A DNA stretch of 64,000 nt from Eubacteriales bacterium (GTDB taxonomy: Bacteria > Bacillota > Clostridia > Lachnospirales > JAVBJQ01): contig JAVBJQ010000006.1 of NCBI GenBank assembly GCA_031546905.1, forward strand, positions 94,673-158,672, written 5' to 3'. The notes below the pieces were generated by a model. That model searched no databases, was not told the DNA's origin, and worked only from the letters and a program-made list of their open reading frames with translations. A program made the position numbers and the translations under genes. This document shows positions 27,418-36,564 of this stretch, in pieces; position 1 is the first letter of the stretch, and each line of letters starts with the position of its first letter.

Positions 27418-27511
27418 ATTAAAAAAAGTGTTTTTATGTTGACAAAATGTAATGGGAACATTACAGTATGAATGTAATTAACTAATTACATTTTAAAAAG
27501 GAGGTAATGCC

Positions 27512-27724
27512 TTGATTCAGAATCGAATAAAGATTTTGAGAGCTGAACGTGATTGGACCCAAGCTGATTTGGCGCAAAAGGCAGGTATTTCCCGCCAAGC
27601 AGTTATATCAATTGAAAAGTATAAATATACTCCATCATTGGAATTAGCTTTCAAAATTGCAGAAGTTTTTAATGTTTCAATTAATGAAGTTTTTGAACAC
27701 AAGGAGGGTCAAAACGATGAATGA
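27512..27724 (+). CDS. XRE-family (HTH_3) small transcriptional regulator
   Basis: RAERDWTQADLAQKAGISRQAVISIEKYKYTPSLELAFKIAEVF. TTG start 6 nt after AAAGGAGG. Confidence 0.85.
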   Translation: MIQNRIKILRAERDWTQADLAQKAGISRQAVISIEKYKYTPSLELAFKIAEVFNVSINEVFEHKEGQNDE

Positions 27725-28040
27725 ACAGATTATTATTTTATTTTTCCTTATTGTTTTTTTGGGAAGTACTCTTTTTCTTTATATATGGAAAGCTAAAAAG
27801 GAGATTGAATACAAAAAAGATGAACGCTGGCAGATGATTCAAATTAAAGCCAATAAAGTAGCAAGTTATTCTAATAATATTTTAGTTATCATTTTAGCTG
27901 TAGTAGCTATGGCATCTGTACATTATGGTATTCAAATAACCTTTGCCCTTAATCGTGTTTTAATGTTTGGTATATTTTTTATTGGTTTTTACAATGTAAT
28001 AGAGTTGTGCGCATTATTATTTTTGGATAAACGAATGTAA
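27717..28040 (+). CDS. small three-TM membrane protein coupled to the XRE regulator
   Basis: The ATG at 27717 overlaps the XRE stop (ATGAATGA). Hydrophobic segments are present. The ORF-track start at 27657 lies inside the XRE gene. Confidence 0.6.
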   Translation: MNEQIIILFFLIVFLGSTLFLYIWKAKKEIEYKKDERWQMIQIKANKVASYSNNILVIILAVVAMASVHYGIQITFALNRVLMFGIFFIGFYNVIELCALLFLDKRM

Positions 28041-28156
28041 TTGCAAGAGACAAATAGAATGTAGCTGATATGTATTGCTCAAAGATGCACAAAATATAAG
28101 AACGTGTGTTCATCCATTGGTAGTTGTCAAGCAAAAAATATTTATGGAGGAAATTT

Positions 28157-29878
28157 ATGAAAAAAGTTTTAATCGCACTAACGTTTCTTGTTACATTATT
28201 CTCACCGTCAATAGTGTCATTTGCTGCAGACACAACCTCAACAGCAGCTCCTGTGGCGACAGTCAATAAGCTTATGCTCTCCAGATTCCTAGGCGATGAT
28301 TTTGCAGTCAGTACACAGTTAAAAGCTTTGGTATTCACTAATATGGAGACAGGTAAGGATTTTGATAGTATTATTGTGGATTTAATAGATACCAAAAATG
28401 ACAGTAAGATTGCCTATACCGCAAATTATAAGGTAGGAAGCAACAGAATGGTTACTTATGATTTAAAAGGTGTTCCAGATGGTACTTATGTGGTGGCATG
28501 CAGACTGGCAAAGGGTACTTCTTCATCTCTAAACGTGAGCAGTTTTTATATGATATTGAAAGACAGTACAGTGGGATTAAAAGAAGGTGACTATTATTCC
28601 AGCAATGTATATTTAGAATTAACTGCGAGAACTGACATCTACGCACTAGATGCCTACAAGAATAAGGGTATATTTACAGAGGCAAGATGTGTCAGTCTGG
28701 TTAATCAAGCCCAAAGCATTGTAGCTGGCATCACAGATGACTATGCTAAAGTGAAGGCTATACATGATTGGGTGGCTAATAACACGTGGTATGATTATGA
28801 TGCGTACTACGGTAAAGCTGGGAGGACAATAGTGGCGGCAGGTGAAAAAAGCAGAGGAATTTGTGATGATTACGAACGTTGGACTACGGAACTTATGATA
28901 GCTGCTGGGTTTCCTGCTAAGAGAGTTGGTGGGTGGGTACCTAGTCCTAAGTTGGCTGAGGAGGGTCATGTTTGGACAGAAGTATATGTGAATAACAGAT
29001 GGGTTTTTATGGATACCACGTGGGATAGTAACAATGGTTATCATGATGGAGTTTATTCTGACCAAAGGCAGTGTGACCATAAATATTTTGACACTACAAT
29101 AGCTCAATTTTCGGTTCACCACAAAATGGATGATCAGTCTTTTTACAAACAAGACAGTGAGAAATGGGATGGTTCATTATGTTTTTATGATTACACCAAT
29201 GACAAAGCTCTTAAGACGGTACCGAACATACAAATGGGGTTATTAACATCCACCTATGGATTTGACCTTAATGATATGTATATCGACAATGGTAAAACAC
29301 ATTGGAACATGGCTGCGGAGAAAATCAATTCAACACATTGGGCTGTTTTTGTTAAGAGGCCATATATCGTCAAATATGGTGTACAGTTTGACCCTGGATA
29401 TGGTGGCACCTTTGGAGGTGTTTCAACTTATCTTTATGATATACCAGAGGGGAGTAAAATCAACCCGCCAACAGTAACACCAACGAAGGATGGCTATACG
29501 TTTGGTGGTTGGTATAAAGATGAAGCCTGTACGAAGGTATGGAATTTTGTAACGGATGTAGTTCCATTACACACAGGAGAGCTATACAGGACTTATCAAC
29601 TAGACCTTTATGCGAAGTGGGTAAAGAACGGAACTACGGCTACTAAACCTAGTGAAGCTAAGTACACAGTGACTTTTAACTCACAAGATGGCACAAAAGT
29701 AAGTGCCATAACCAATATCACAAAGGACGCTAAAGTAAGTGCACCAAAGGTACCGACTAAGAAAGGATATACATTCATAGCTTGGTATAAAGACGGGAAG
29801 TTTACAGAAGTGTGGAATTTTAAGACTGATACAGTTTCCAGTAACACGCTTTTATATGCTAAGTGGAAAAAGAAATAG
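28157..29878 (+). CDS. secreted transglutaminase-like cysteine protease-fold protein with C-terminal Listeria/Bacteroides (InlB B-type) repeats
   Basis: Signal peptide MKKVLIALTFLVTLFSPSIVSFA. Cys-His-Asp core (GICDDYERW...GHVWTEVY...FMDTTWD). Two GYTFxGWYKD...WNF repeats. Confidence 0.8.
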   Translation: MKKVLIALTFLVTLFSPSIVSFAADTTSTAAPVATVNKLMLSRFLGDDFAVSTQLKALVFTNMETGKDFDSIIVDLIDTKNDSKIAYTANYKVGSNRMVTYDLKGVPDGTYVVACRLAKGTSSSLNVSSFYMILKDSTVGLKEGDYYSSNVYLELTARTDIYALDAYKNKGIFTEARCVSLVNQAQSIVAGITDDYAKVKAIHDWVANNTWYDYDAYYGKAGRTIVAAGEKSRGICDDYERWTTELMIAAGFPAKRVGGWVPSPKLAEEGHVWTEVYVNNRWVFMDTTWDSNNGYHDGVYSDQRQCDHKYFDTTIAQFSVHHKMDDQSFYKQDSEKWDGSLCFYDYTNDKALKTVPNIQMGLLTSTYGFDLNDMYIDNGKTHWNMAAEKINSTHWAVFVKRPYIVKYGVQFDPGYGGTFGGVSTYLYDIPEGSKINPPTVTPTKDGYTFGGWYKDEACTKVWNFVTDVVPLHTGELYRTYQLDLYAKWVKNGTTATKPSEAKYTVTFNSQDGTKVSAITNITKDAKVSAPKVPTKKGYTFIAWYKDGKFTEVWNFKTDTVSSNTLLYAKWKKK

Positions 29879-30040
29879 ACATCTGTGTCTAAGAGAATAT
29901 GTGAACATAGCTATAAATATGTGACTACTATCAAGCTAAAGTGTCATCCATCGATTACGGTTTTATCAGCAAATCACCTATTCCAAAATCTGCAACAAAA
30001 GATAGGAATGTAGGTATTCTTTTTAAAGAATTTTTATTCT

Positions 30041-30095
30041 CCACTTTTAAAAAAATCTATAAATGTTTTTTCGTTTTTACACAGTCTGGCTTATA
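30041..30095. repeat. intergenic repeat family B, copy 1
   Basis: 30067-30095 (TTTTTCGTTTTTACACAGTCTGGCTTATA) is identical to 34840-34868. Weaker similarity extends about 25 nt further left. Confidence 0.8.
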
Positions 30096-30135
30096 ATATA
30101 CTCTCTAATTTAACAAAATTTTTGCTTGATATATT

Positions 30136-31413
30136 TCAATTGGATTCAAAAAATTTAATAGTTTTAAACCATGAATCGGATTGCCCTTGAGAATTACCCT
30201 TGATTGTGCCACCGCAAGTAAATATTCCATCACCAAATTTAATACTAAGCACTTCACTCAATGGCAAAATGTAAGGAATCGGTAATACGTGCCCCATTTC
30301 TTCAAAACCTAAAAATTCATATTTGTGAGCATAGTCACATTTTCTCAATGTATCTATAATTTCATTGCAACCGTCGTAAGAGTTCCATATTGAATCTTTT
30401 TTTCCAGCAATAAGCAACAAATCAACATGGGCATTTTCAATTTTTATGCGTGCTTCTTCTTTCCTATCTGCTCTTTCTAAACCCTTTATATAGCAGCAAG
30501 CTATTCCAAAAGGCTTGTTTTCTTTGATACAGCTTTTTTGTTCTTCAAGGAAAATGTTGTTGTCAAGTTTTATGAAAGGTAGAGGTTTTCCGTCAAAAGT
30601 CCATGAAGACACATTGTCCGCAGCTAACATACCATCTAAACCTTCAAAGCAATAGGAATGGGGCTGGCAAGCAACCACCTTTGAAAAGCAATTGTACTTT
30701 GAAGCGATCAATAAGGCTAACTCACCACCTTTTGAAGTTCCATGGAGATATAACTGAGAAGTCTTAATAATAGAATTTTTATTAATCCATAAAAATACAT
30801 TTTCAAAGTATTCTAGCGGTATTTCTTGAAGGTTTTGAGGTAATCCCTTTTCTCCAAAGTAGCCAACAGATAAAACGTTGAATCCACGAGAAGCCAGTGG
30901 ACCAGCCATAAGAGAAAGGGCGGTAATGTTACCGTCAGACCCACCAAACAAGATAATTGTCTTTTTGTTTGATTGTTCGCTGTAAAATAACTCCCCTATA
31001 AAACCTTCTTCTATTATCTGCCTTTTTACACTAGGCGATTTAAACATACGCTCTATAGTTATAGCTTCACGACTATGACTGGATTCAAAAGTTAAATTAA
31101 GAAACATGCTGTTTTCAATATCGAGGTTAAGTCCGATATTTATATTTTTACTGCTTACTTTTTGTAATGATGCAATTAGTCCCATGCTGTCAACCCAGTC
31201 ATAAGTACCTGATTCAGGCTTTTGTTTAGATAAATCAACACAGCCATTTTCATCAGCTATAAATATACCAAAAGATTCGTATTTTTCACTTTTCACCCAA
31301 GGCAAGTCCATGCAAGCAGTTATTCTAACTTTTTCTTTTGGCATTAAATCATGTACACAGATAGTTATTATTTCATCCACCAGTGCAACTTTGGGTGCCA
31401 CATTTATAATCAT
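30136..31413 (-). CDS. BAAT / acyl-CoA thioester hydrolase family protein
   Basis: 425 aa, with an N-terminal Bile_Hydr_Trans-like part and a C-terminal alpha/beta hydrolase with nucleophile elbow GTSKGG. RBS AGGAGG. Confidence 0.75.
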   Translation of the reverse strand: MIINVAPKVALVDEIITICVHDLMPKEKVRITACMDLPWVKSEKYESFGIFIADENGCVDLSKQKPESGTYDWVDSMGLIASLQKVSSKNINIGLNLDIENSMFLNLTFESSHSREAITIERMFKSPSVKRQIIEEGFIGELFYSEQSNKKTIILFGGSDGNITALSLMAGPLASRGFNVLSVGYFGEKGLPQNLQEIPLEYFENVFLWINKNSIIKTSQLYLHGTSKGGELALLIASKYNCFSKVVACQPHSYCFEGLDGMLAADNVSSWTFDGKPLPFIKLDNNIFLEEQKSCIKENKPFGIACCYIKGLERADRKEEARIKIENAHVDLLLIAGKKDSIWNSYDGCNEIIDTLRKCDYAHKYEFLGFEEMGHVLPIPYILPLSEVLSIKFGDGIFTCGGTIKGNSQGQSDSWFKTIKFFESN

Positions 31414-31425
31414 AATTTTGTCCTC

Positions 31426-31992
31426 CTATACTTCAAAGTGATTATTTTTGTTTCTTCTCTCCGAGAACTTTTGCAGAACTCTTAATTTTTCTTCATCAAG
31501 AACCTCACTGTTTCTATCTGCTTCCTCTTTAAAGCCATCATGCGCTACGCCATCAAAATGATATAACTTTTGTAATAGACTCCATAGGCATACTAACTCT
31601 TGTTCCGAAAAATCGTTAAAAACATCAGCCATAAATATGGCGGAAGATTCGCCACAAGTAACCATTTCATAAAAGCCAGTTTCAGTCACTGTTACACTGA
31701 GAGCCCGTTTGTCTTTCGTATCAATTTTAGATACTAAATATCCCTTTCGTTCCAGAATACTTACTAGTTGCTTAGCATTTTGTTTGGAAGTTCCAAGTTT
31801 TTTAGCAATCCCATTCAAAGTTGCTTCGTTCTCAGGTAGGTGTAGAATTGCCAATATTGTCATATACTGTCTTGATGATAAATTACCAAAATACTGGTCA
31901 CCTTTAATTTGCAGTTTATTTGAGACCGAAAAAAGCGAAGCATACACTTGTTGCATTAAAAATAATTCCTTTAATTCCTTTTCAAATTTCAT
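31426..31992 (-). CDS. MarR-family transcriptional regulator
   Basis: Winged-helix core LSSRQYMTILAILHL...GIAKKLGTSKQNAKQLVSILERKGYL. The second ATG (31992) follows AGGAAG. Confidence 0.85.
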   Translation of the reverse strand: MKFEKELKELFLMQQVYASLFSVSNKLQIKGDQYFGNLSSRQYMTILAILHLPENEATLNGIAKKLGTSKQNAKQLVSILERKGYLVSKIDTKDKRALSVTVTETGFYEMVTCGESSAIFMADVFNDFSEQELVCLWSLLQKLYHFDGVAHDGFKEEADRNSEVLDEEKLRVLQKFSERRNKNNHFEV

Positions 31993-32013
31993 TTTTATCT
32001 TCCTCATTAGATT

Positions 32014-32066
32014 GACAATATATTGTCTAAATTAACACATCAATTTCATTTTGTCAATATATTGTC
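32014..32066. promoter_or_regulatory. two copies of a palindromic MarR-type operator in the marR promoter
   Basis: GACAATATATTGTC (32014-32027, perfect 14-bp palindrome) and GTCAATATATTGTC (32053-32066). Both are followed by TAAAT. The minus-strand TTGACA of box 2 can serve as the -35. Confidence 0.55.
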
Positions 32067-32078
32067 TAAATGATTTTT

Positions 32079-32114
32079 GCAAATAAAATAGGGAGTAACT
32101 TTTTAAGTTCTCCC
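32079..32114 (-). terminator. intrinsic terminator of the DJ-1/PfpI gene
   Basis: GGGAGAACTT pairs with AAGTTACTCCC, followed on the minus strand by TATTTTATTT. Confidence 0.55.
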
Positions 32115-32209
32115 TGAACAAAATATAAATTCGCTACAATGCTTGACTTTTTGGCATATGTTCTATTACTGCTTATACTCCGCATTATTTTGTAATATTA
32201 AGCAGAATA

Positions 32210-32818
32210 TCAATTCATACTTTTTAGAAATTCAATATATCCTTGCTTGAAAAACTGATAGTTATTTTCAATGTAATCGGCGGGATAAGCATCTAATGCA
32301 GTAAGGACTTCTTTAGTAAATTCTAAATATGCTGTTCCATTAGCAGTTATTAGGTTGCCATCTCGTATCGCTTGTTCGTTTTTGTAGCTTTCTTTGCCTG
32401 TATAATTGTCGTTAGCTGATTTTATTAAATCTTCAAGCGTATTGCTTGTATGGCTTTTATTATTTAATAAGCCAATCATTCCAAGAAAAACAGTGGCATC
32501 ACAAATTGCACCTATTACTTTTCCATCTGTATTTGCCTGTTTAATTATGTTTGCTACCTTCTTTGTTTCTTCTGTCCTCCACGACATTCCTCCAATAAGA
32601 ATAAGTCCAGCAAAATCAGCGGGGTAATTTTCTATGCTATAATCGGAAATGGTAGTAAAACCACCAATAGATTTAATAGGATTTTTACTTAATGATATTG
32701 TTTTCACCTCATAAGGAGATGTTTTATCCTGTATTCTATCCTGCAATGCACTAGCCAAAAAAGCATATTCCCAGTCTGCATATTGTTCTAAAATAATAAA
32801 AAGTACAATTTTTTTCAT
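32210..32818 (-). CDS. DJ-1/PfpI (type 1 glutamine amidotransferase-like) family protein
   Basis: 202 aa, with nucleophile-elbow Cys in VIGAICDATVFLG and a typical N-terminal beta strand KIVLFIIL. Confidence 0.75.
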   Translation of the reverse strand: MKKIVLFIILEQYADWEYAFLASALQDRIQDKTSPYEVKTISLSKNPIKSIGGFTTISDYSIENYPADFAGLILIGGMSWRTEETKKVANIIKQANTDGKVIGAICDATVFLGMIGLLNNKSHTSNTLEDLIKSANDNYTGKESYKNEQAIRDGNLITANGTAYLEFTKEVLTALDAYPADYIENNYQFFKQGYIEFLKSMN

Positions 32819-33015
32819 TTTATCACTCCATTCTTTTTATTGTATTTACAACATAAACAGAAATTTCTTTTTTCATATAATCACTACATAGCTAAAGTGA
32901 TTATATGCTATGAAAGATGACAACAGTGTGTCATCTTTCATATAGATTATTTATTTTTTCTATTCACTTTGATGAACAATTCGTACAACTTAAAATGCGT
33001 TTCTGTGGAAAATGC

Positions 33016-33420
33016 TTATACTATTCCCAATACCTCTTTTACTTTGTTTATATGCTTAGGATGGAAGAGGGGGAATGAAAGCTCATCAGGAATTTGTTGA
33101 AAAAAATCTATTTTTTCAATTTCCGACTCCGGTAAATTGCCGAGTTCCAATATATCGGCATAAAAGAGTAAACCAAAACTATCTATGAAGTATACGCATA
33201 TTGGCTTAAGCTCAAATTTTATTGCCCCCGTTTCCTCAAATAATTCTCTTTTTGCAGTATCCATAATGGTTTCGTTTTCTTCTCTGTGTCCGCCTGGGAC
33301 TTCCCATTTTCTGGTTTTATTCTTACAAAAAACCCATTTGCCCATATATCTTGAAACTATAACCGCATATTTCAATAACGAATCATCAATCTCATCGATT
33401 TTATAAAATTTAACATCCAA
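33016..33420 (-). CDS. NUDIX hydrolase
   Basis: Nudix box GGHREENETIMDTAKRELFEETG. Confidence 0.85.
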   Translation of the reverse strand: MDVKFYKIDEIDDSLLKYAVIVSRYMGKWVFCKNKTRKWEVPGGHREENETIMDTAKRELFEETGAIKFELKPICVYFIDSFGLLFYADILELGNLPESEIEKIDFFQQIPDELSFPLFHPKHINKVKEVLGIV

Positions 33421-33441
33421 AATAAAACACCTCCGCAGAAA

Positions 33442-33509
33442 ATATAAATTTTTTTTAATTCTTTATCACTTCAATTATACCATCCAGAAAATTTTTTTTG
33501 TATAGTAAG
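33442..33509. repeat. promoter/5'-UTR repeat family C, copy 1 (upstream of the NUDIX gene)
   Basis: Aligns with 35350-35415 (shared ATATAAATT, ATTATACCA, A/T runs, AGTAAG, in the same register except a 2-nt indel). The minus strand reads TGGTATAAT (33482-33474). Confidence 0.65.
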
Positions 33510-33654
33510 ATTCATTTGTATTTTAGAATTGCTTTTAAAATATTTGTAAAATTTTAAGGAATAAATATGCCTATAAATTGTCAAGTTACTCATAAAATTT
33601 TAGGCATAAAAAAGCGATTTATCATCAGCTAACATGACAAATCGCCTTCACTTC

Positions 33655-34146
33655 TTAAAAAATTCCTCCATTTTGCATATCTGTCTTATTCACAAAATCC
33701 ATGTGGTATAATTTTTCCCAATGGTTTATGTTTAACGTTCCCTTTGTGAGATGGATTGCTAAAATACAACAATTTTCATCCTTTTCATTGTTTGCCATGT
33801 CGTACCACTCGGCAAAAGCTGTGCGAAGTTTGGTTCTTATCTCCGCATTTTTTGGATCAAGCACCCAACCGAGGTTTTCACCAACTCCATTAGCGGTAAA
33901 CATCTCCAAACAACCTGCAATCGAAACCTCAGAATTTTGTGCGATTTGTTGCATTTTGTTTGATTTTCCATATGTAACAACATAAAATGTGCCGTCTTCA
34001 TAATATGCGTTCACACTACGGACAACAGGGCGAGGTATTCCGTCACAGTTCGCCTCCCGTGCGATAGTCGCAAGGGAAATCGCATTGTCTTTGCCGTTGC
34101 CGAACTTCTCTTCAATTAATTTTAATCCTTCTTCGTATACACTCAT
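33655..34146 (-). CDS. pyridoxamine 5'-phosphate oxidase-family (split-barrel flavin-binding) protein
   Basis: 163 aa with the pattern AISLATIA...VRSVNAYYEDGTFYVVT...SIAG typical of Pyridox_ox_2 proteins. RBS AAAGGAG. Confidence 0.65.
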   Translation of the reverse strand: MSVYEEGLKLIEEKFGNGKDNAISLATIAREANCDGIPRPVVRSVNAYYEDGTFYVVTYGKSNKMQQIAQNSEVSIAGCLEMFTANGVGENLGWVLDPKNAEIRTKLRTAFAEWYDMANNEKDENCCILAIHLTKGTLNINHWEKLYHMDFVNKTDMQNGGIF

Positions 34147-34312
34147 TTTAATATCTCCTTTGTAAGATAATATAAATTAAGCCGTCTAGGGGACTCTACG
34201 CCTAAAACGTTGATAATAGTTCTTAACGTAGGCAAATTTTGTTTCAAGTGTACTATAGCTGTTATTGGCATACAATCCTCAAGCTGGCTTATTTTCACAT
34301 TGTAGAAAAGAA

Positions 34313-34777
34313 TTACTTTGAAAGAACTGGAACCCATAATTCATGTTTAACTTTATGTCCGGGGCCTAAATAATGCTCAATGCAAGGTAGATTTACTAGT
34401 TCATAGCCTGATGTTGGTATCCATTCAGAATATAATCGCTTCCAAGCGTCTACAACATTTGGAAATACAGCGTATGTGCTTGGGGGAATAATTAAATTCT
34501 CCATTCCATCGGGAATATCACCATCATACCGAACGCCCATAAAATAATCAAATTCATCATCCATTATGGCTGCTTCTTTTCCACAAACGCCAACAAGGCT
34601 TTGTAGAGTACACTTGGGAGTTTCCCATGACATATCAATTAATTTCTGTTGAAAGCCATCCTTTTTCGCCTTTCCCCATAGAGCAGGTATTATTCTGAAT
34701 GCTTTGGCTGTTTTTACTGGTTCTTGTTTACCTACAAATCGAAGCTCAAAATCAATGTTTTCAATACGATAATCCAT
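34313..34777 (-). CDS. GyrI-like / AraC-effector-binding (Cass2-like) small-molecule-binding protein
   Basis: About 154 aa. MDYRIENIDFELRFVGK...YAVFP...WKRLYSEWIPTSGYEL...IEHY matches the GyrI-like fold pattern. Confidence 0.7.
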   Translation of the reverse strand: MDYRIENIDFELRFVGKQEPVKTAKAFRIIPALWGKAKKDGFQQKLIDMSWETPKCTLQSLVGVCGKEAAIMDDEFDYFMGVRYDGDIPDGMENLIIPPSTYAVFPNVVDAWKRLYSEWIPTSGYELVNLPCIEHYLGPGHKVKHELWVPVLSK

Positions 34778-34814
34778 TTCCATATCTCCTTTGATAGTTA
34801 TTTTTCATTGAACC

Positions 34815-34868
34815 ATCACTTTAAAAAAATGCAAATATATTTTTCGTTTTTACACAGTCTGGCTTATA
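34815..34868. repeat. intergenic repeat family B, copy 2
   Basis: The 29-nt exact match to 30067-30095 overlaps the stop and last codon of the GNAT gene. Confidence 0.8.
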
Positions 34869-35337
34869 CTGCGGTGTTGCACCATTTTTCATAAAATACA
34901 ATTTTTACAGTACCATCCATATATTCTTTTGTTATTTGATAACCATGTTTTTTGTAAAAGTAGTGATTTCGTTCTTTATCAGCCAGTGCTTCTAATGACC
35001 AGTGTTTTGCTTGCGGAAACTGCTTTTCCATAAAAGTCATTGCCATTTGTCCAATACCTTTATTCTCGTATTCGGGAATAACACATAAACAATTTAGGTA
35101 AAAATCATCATCGCTTTTTTTAGTTATACTGATATATCCAATCATATCTCTGTATGTCTGTATTTTATAAACGATATTCTCTTGCACTGTTTTTGTTATG
35201 CCTTCCACGGGATTGTTATAACCGCGACTTTCTCCATATTTAATATAGTCTTCATAAAAACTTTTATTTTTAACTTCAATAATGTCTTTTACATCATCAA
35301 GTGATGCTCTTTCAATTGTAATATTCAATATTCCCAC
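34864..35337 (-). CDS. GNAT-family N-acetyltransferase
   Basis: Acetyl-CoA motif LCVIPEYENKGIGQMAM...YKKHGY. The exact start is uncertain (GTG 35337 or TTG 35328). Confidence 0.85.
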   Translation of the reverse strand: MGILNITIERASLDDVKDIIEVKNKSFYEDYIKYGESRGYNNPVEGITKTVQENIVYKIQTYRDMIGYISITKKSDDDFYLNCLCVIPEYENKGIGQMAMTFMEKQFPQAKHWSLEALADKERNHYFYKKHGYQITKEYMDGTVKIVFYEKWCNTAV

Positions 35338-35349
35338 ACTCCAGATATT

Positions 35350-35415
35350 ATATAAATTCTCTTCAACTCTTTCTAATTCTTATTATACCACCAAAAATTT
35401 TTTTTTTCCAGTAAG
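35350..35415. repeat. promoter/5'-UTR repeat family C, copy 2 (upstream of the GNAT gene)
   Basis: See copy 1. The minus strand reads TGGTATAAT (35390-35382). Confidence 0.65.
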
Positions 35416-35463
35416 TTTAAATGGATAACGCCCCAAAATCTTTTAGAAGCATTTCTTCATACC

Positions 35464-36339
35464 CTAAACTGTTCTATCAACCGTAGCTCCTAGTGGAGGT
35501 ACTATTTTTTTATAACGATGTAATTTAACTTTGTTATTTTGTTCAGTTACTGTACCAATCAACTTGGTTTCGTTAACAGTAGTAGAAGCCATTTTTTCCT
35601 TGGTCTGACTTTCCTTGTCTACAGGCATATCCCTATTCCCATCGACAACGGGTGCCGTTTCATCAGTTACGGATGGAACACGGGCTTCATCATATGTAGA
35701 TGTATTATCACTTGCATTGTTTTCTTCTTCTTTTTCTTTCTTGTTTTCATTGGCAATCTGTGTTGCTGCTGCCATTTCTTCGTTGGATGTTTCAATATTT
35801 TCCTGGGCGGCTACAAATTGTTTTGCCAAAGAATCAACGGTTCTAGCTAAAGCCTGGTGAAGGCTATTACCTTTTTCTTTGCTATAGGAAGATATATCGC
35901 CACCTTTAACATCACCTTCTGCAATGCGAATATCTGCAATGATGCCAACTCTAATGGCATTGGTTTGGCGAATACTTTTTACTGCCTCTGACCCTGAGAC
36001 AAGGGCTTTCGTCATCACAGAGGTTAGACCGCCATCCTCTGAATCAGAATGATTTGAGGGGGAGTTATTTTCTGGTGGCTCTGCGGATTTTTTAATTTCT
36101 TCCAATTGTTCCTTCCGTTTTTGCTCTTCGATCTCTTTAATCTGATCTTCAAGTTCCTTAATCTTTAACTGCTTAGTATCATGATCCATAGCCTTGTTTT
36201 TATTCAGTTTGTCAATTTGCTCTTGCAAAGATGAAATCTGTTTGTCAAGGGGATTCACTTTGAGCGCCCTTGTTCCACTTGTCATGTTATTCGGATTGGT
36301 TAATCCAATGATATTACTTCCTTGATTCGTTATTGTCAT
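35464..36339 (-). CDS. FlxA-like coiled-coil, low-complexity protein
   Basis: N-terminal KQISSLQEQIDKLNKN...KIKELEDQIKEIEEQKRK resembles the FlxA-like family. The rest is acidic and low-complexity. Confidence 0.45.
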   Translation of the reverse strand: MTITNQGSNIIGLTNPNNMTSGTRALKVNPLDKQISSLQEQIDKLNKNKAMDHDTKQLKIKELEDQIKEIEEQKRKEQLEEIKKSAEPPENNSPSNHSDSEDGGLTSVMTKALVSGSEAVKSIRQTNAIRVGIIADIRIAEGDVKGGDISSYSKEKGNSLHQALARTVDSLAKQFVAAQENIETSNEEMAAATQIANENKKEKEEENNASDNTSTYDEARVPSVTDETAPVVDGNRDMPVDKESQTKEKMASTTVNETKLIGTVTEQNNKVKLHRYKKIVPPLGATVDRTV

Positions 36340-36511
36340 AATGCCACATCCTTATAATATTCTTAATTATATATCGGTGAATACCCTCAAAAATTTTACA
36401 CCATGGGAAACAAAACTGCTTGTAGTGGTTCAACGTGTCTGACAAAATAAAACTCAGCTCTCATGTTATTACGCCTGTGTACATTATTTTAAATTTTTAT
36501 TATACTGTGTA

Positions 36512-36553
36512 AATAAATTATATCACCCAGTACTTTTGTTTTCTACCGTAAAA
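36512..36553. repeat. intergenic repeat family A, copy 3 (partial)
   Basis: 36/42 identical to 24643-24684 in the same register, and carries TGATATAAT on the minus strand (36525-36517). Confidence 0.7.
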
Positions 36554-36564
36554 GGAGGATAAAA

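Noticed and set aside
30067-30095. Repeat B as a dif/pdif-like XerC/XerD site (TGTGTAAAA resembles the XerD arm TTATGTAAA).
   Set aside because: There is no inverted XerC-type arm at the required 6-bp spacing, so the 29-mer is not dyad-symmetric.
30041-35415. Integron-like gene-cassette array: same-strand small genes such as GNAT, NUDIX, DJ-1 and a Cass2-like protein, separated by repeated sequences.
   Set aside because: There is no IntI-type integrase in the window. The repeats lack attC architecture (no R''/L''-L'/R' imperfect palindrome, no GTTRRRY core). Several genes have their own promoters, operators and terminators.
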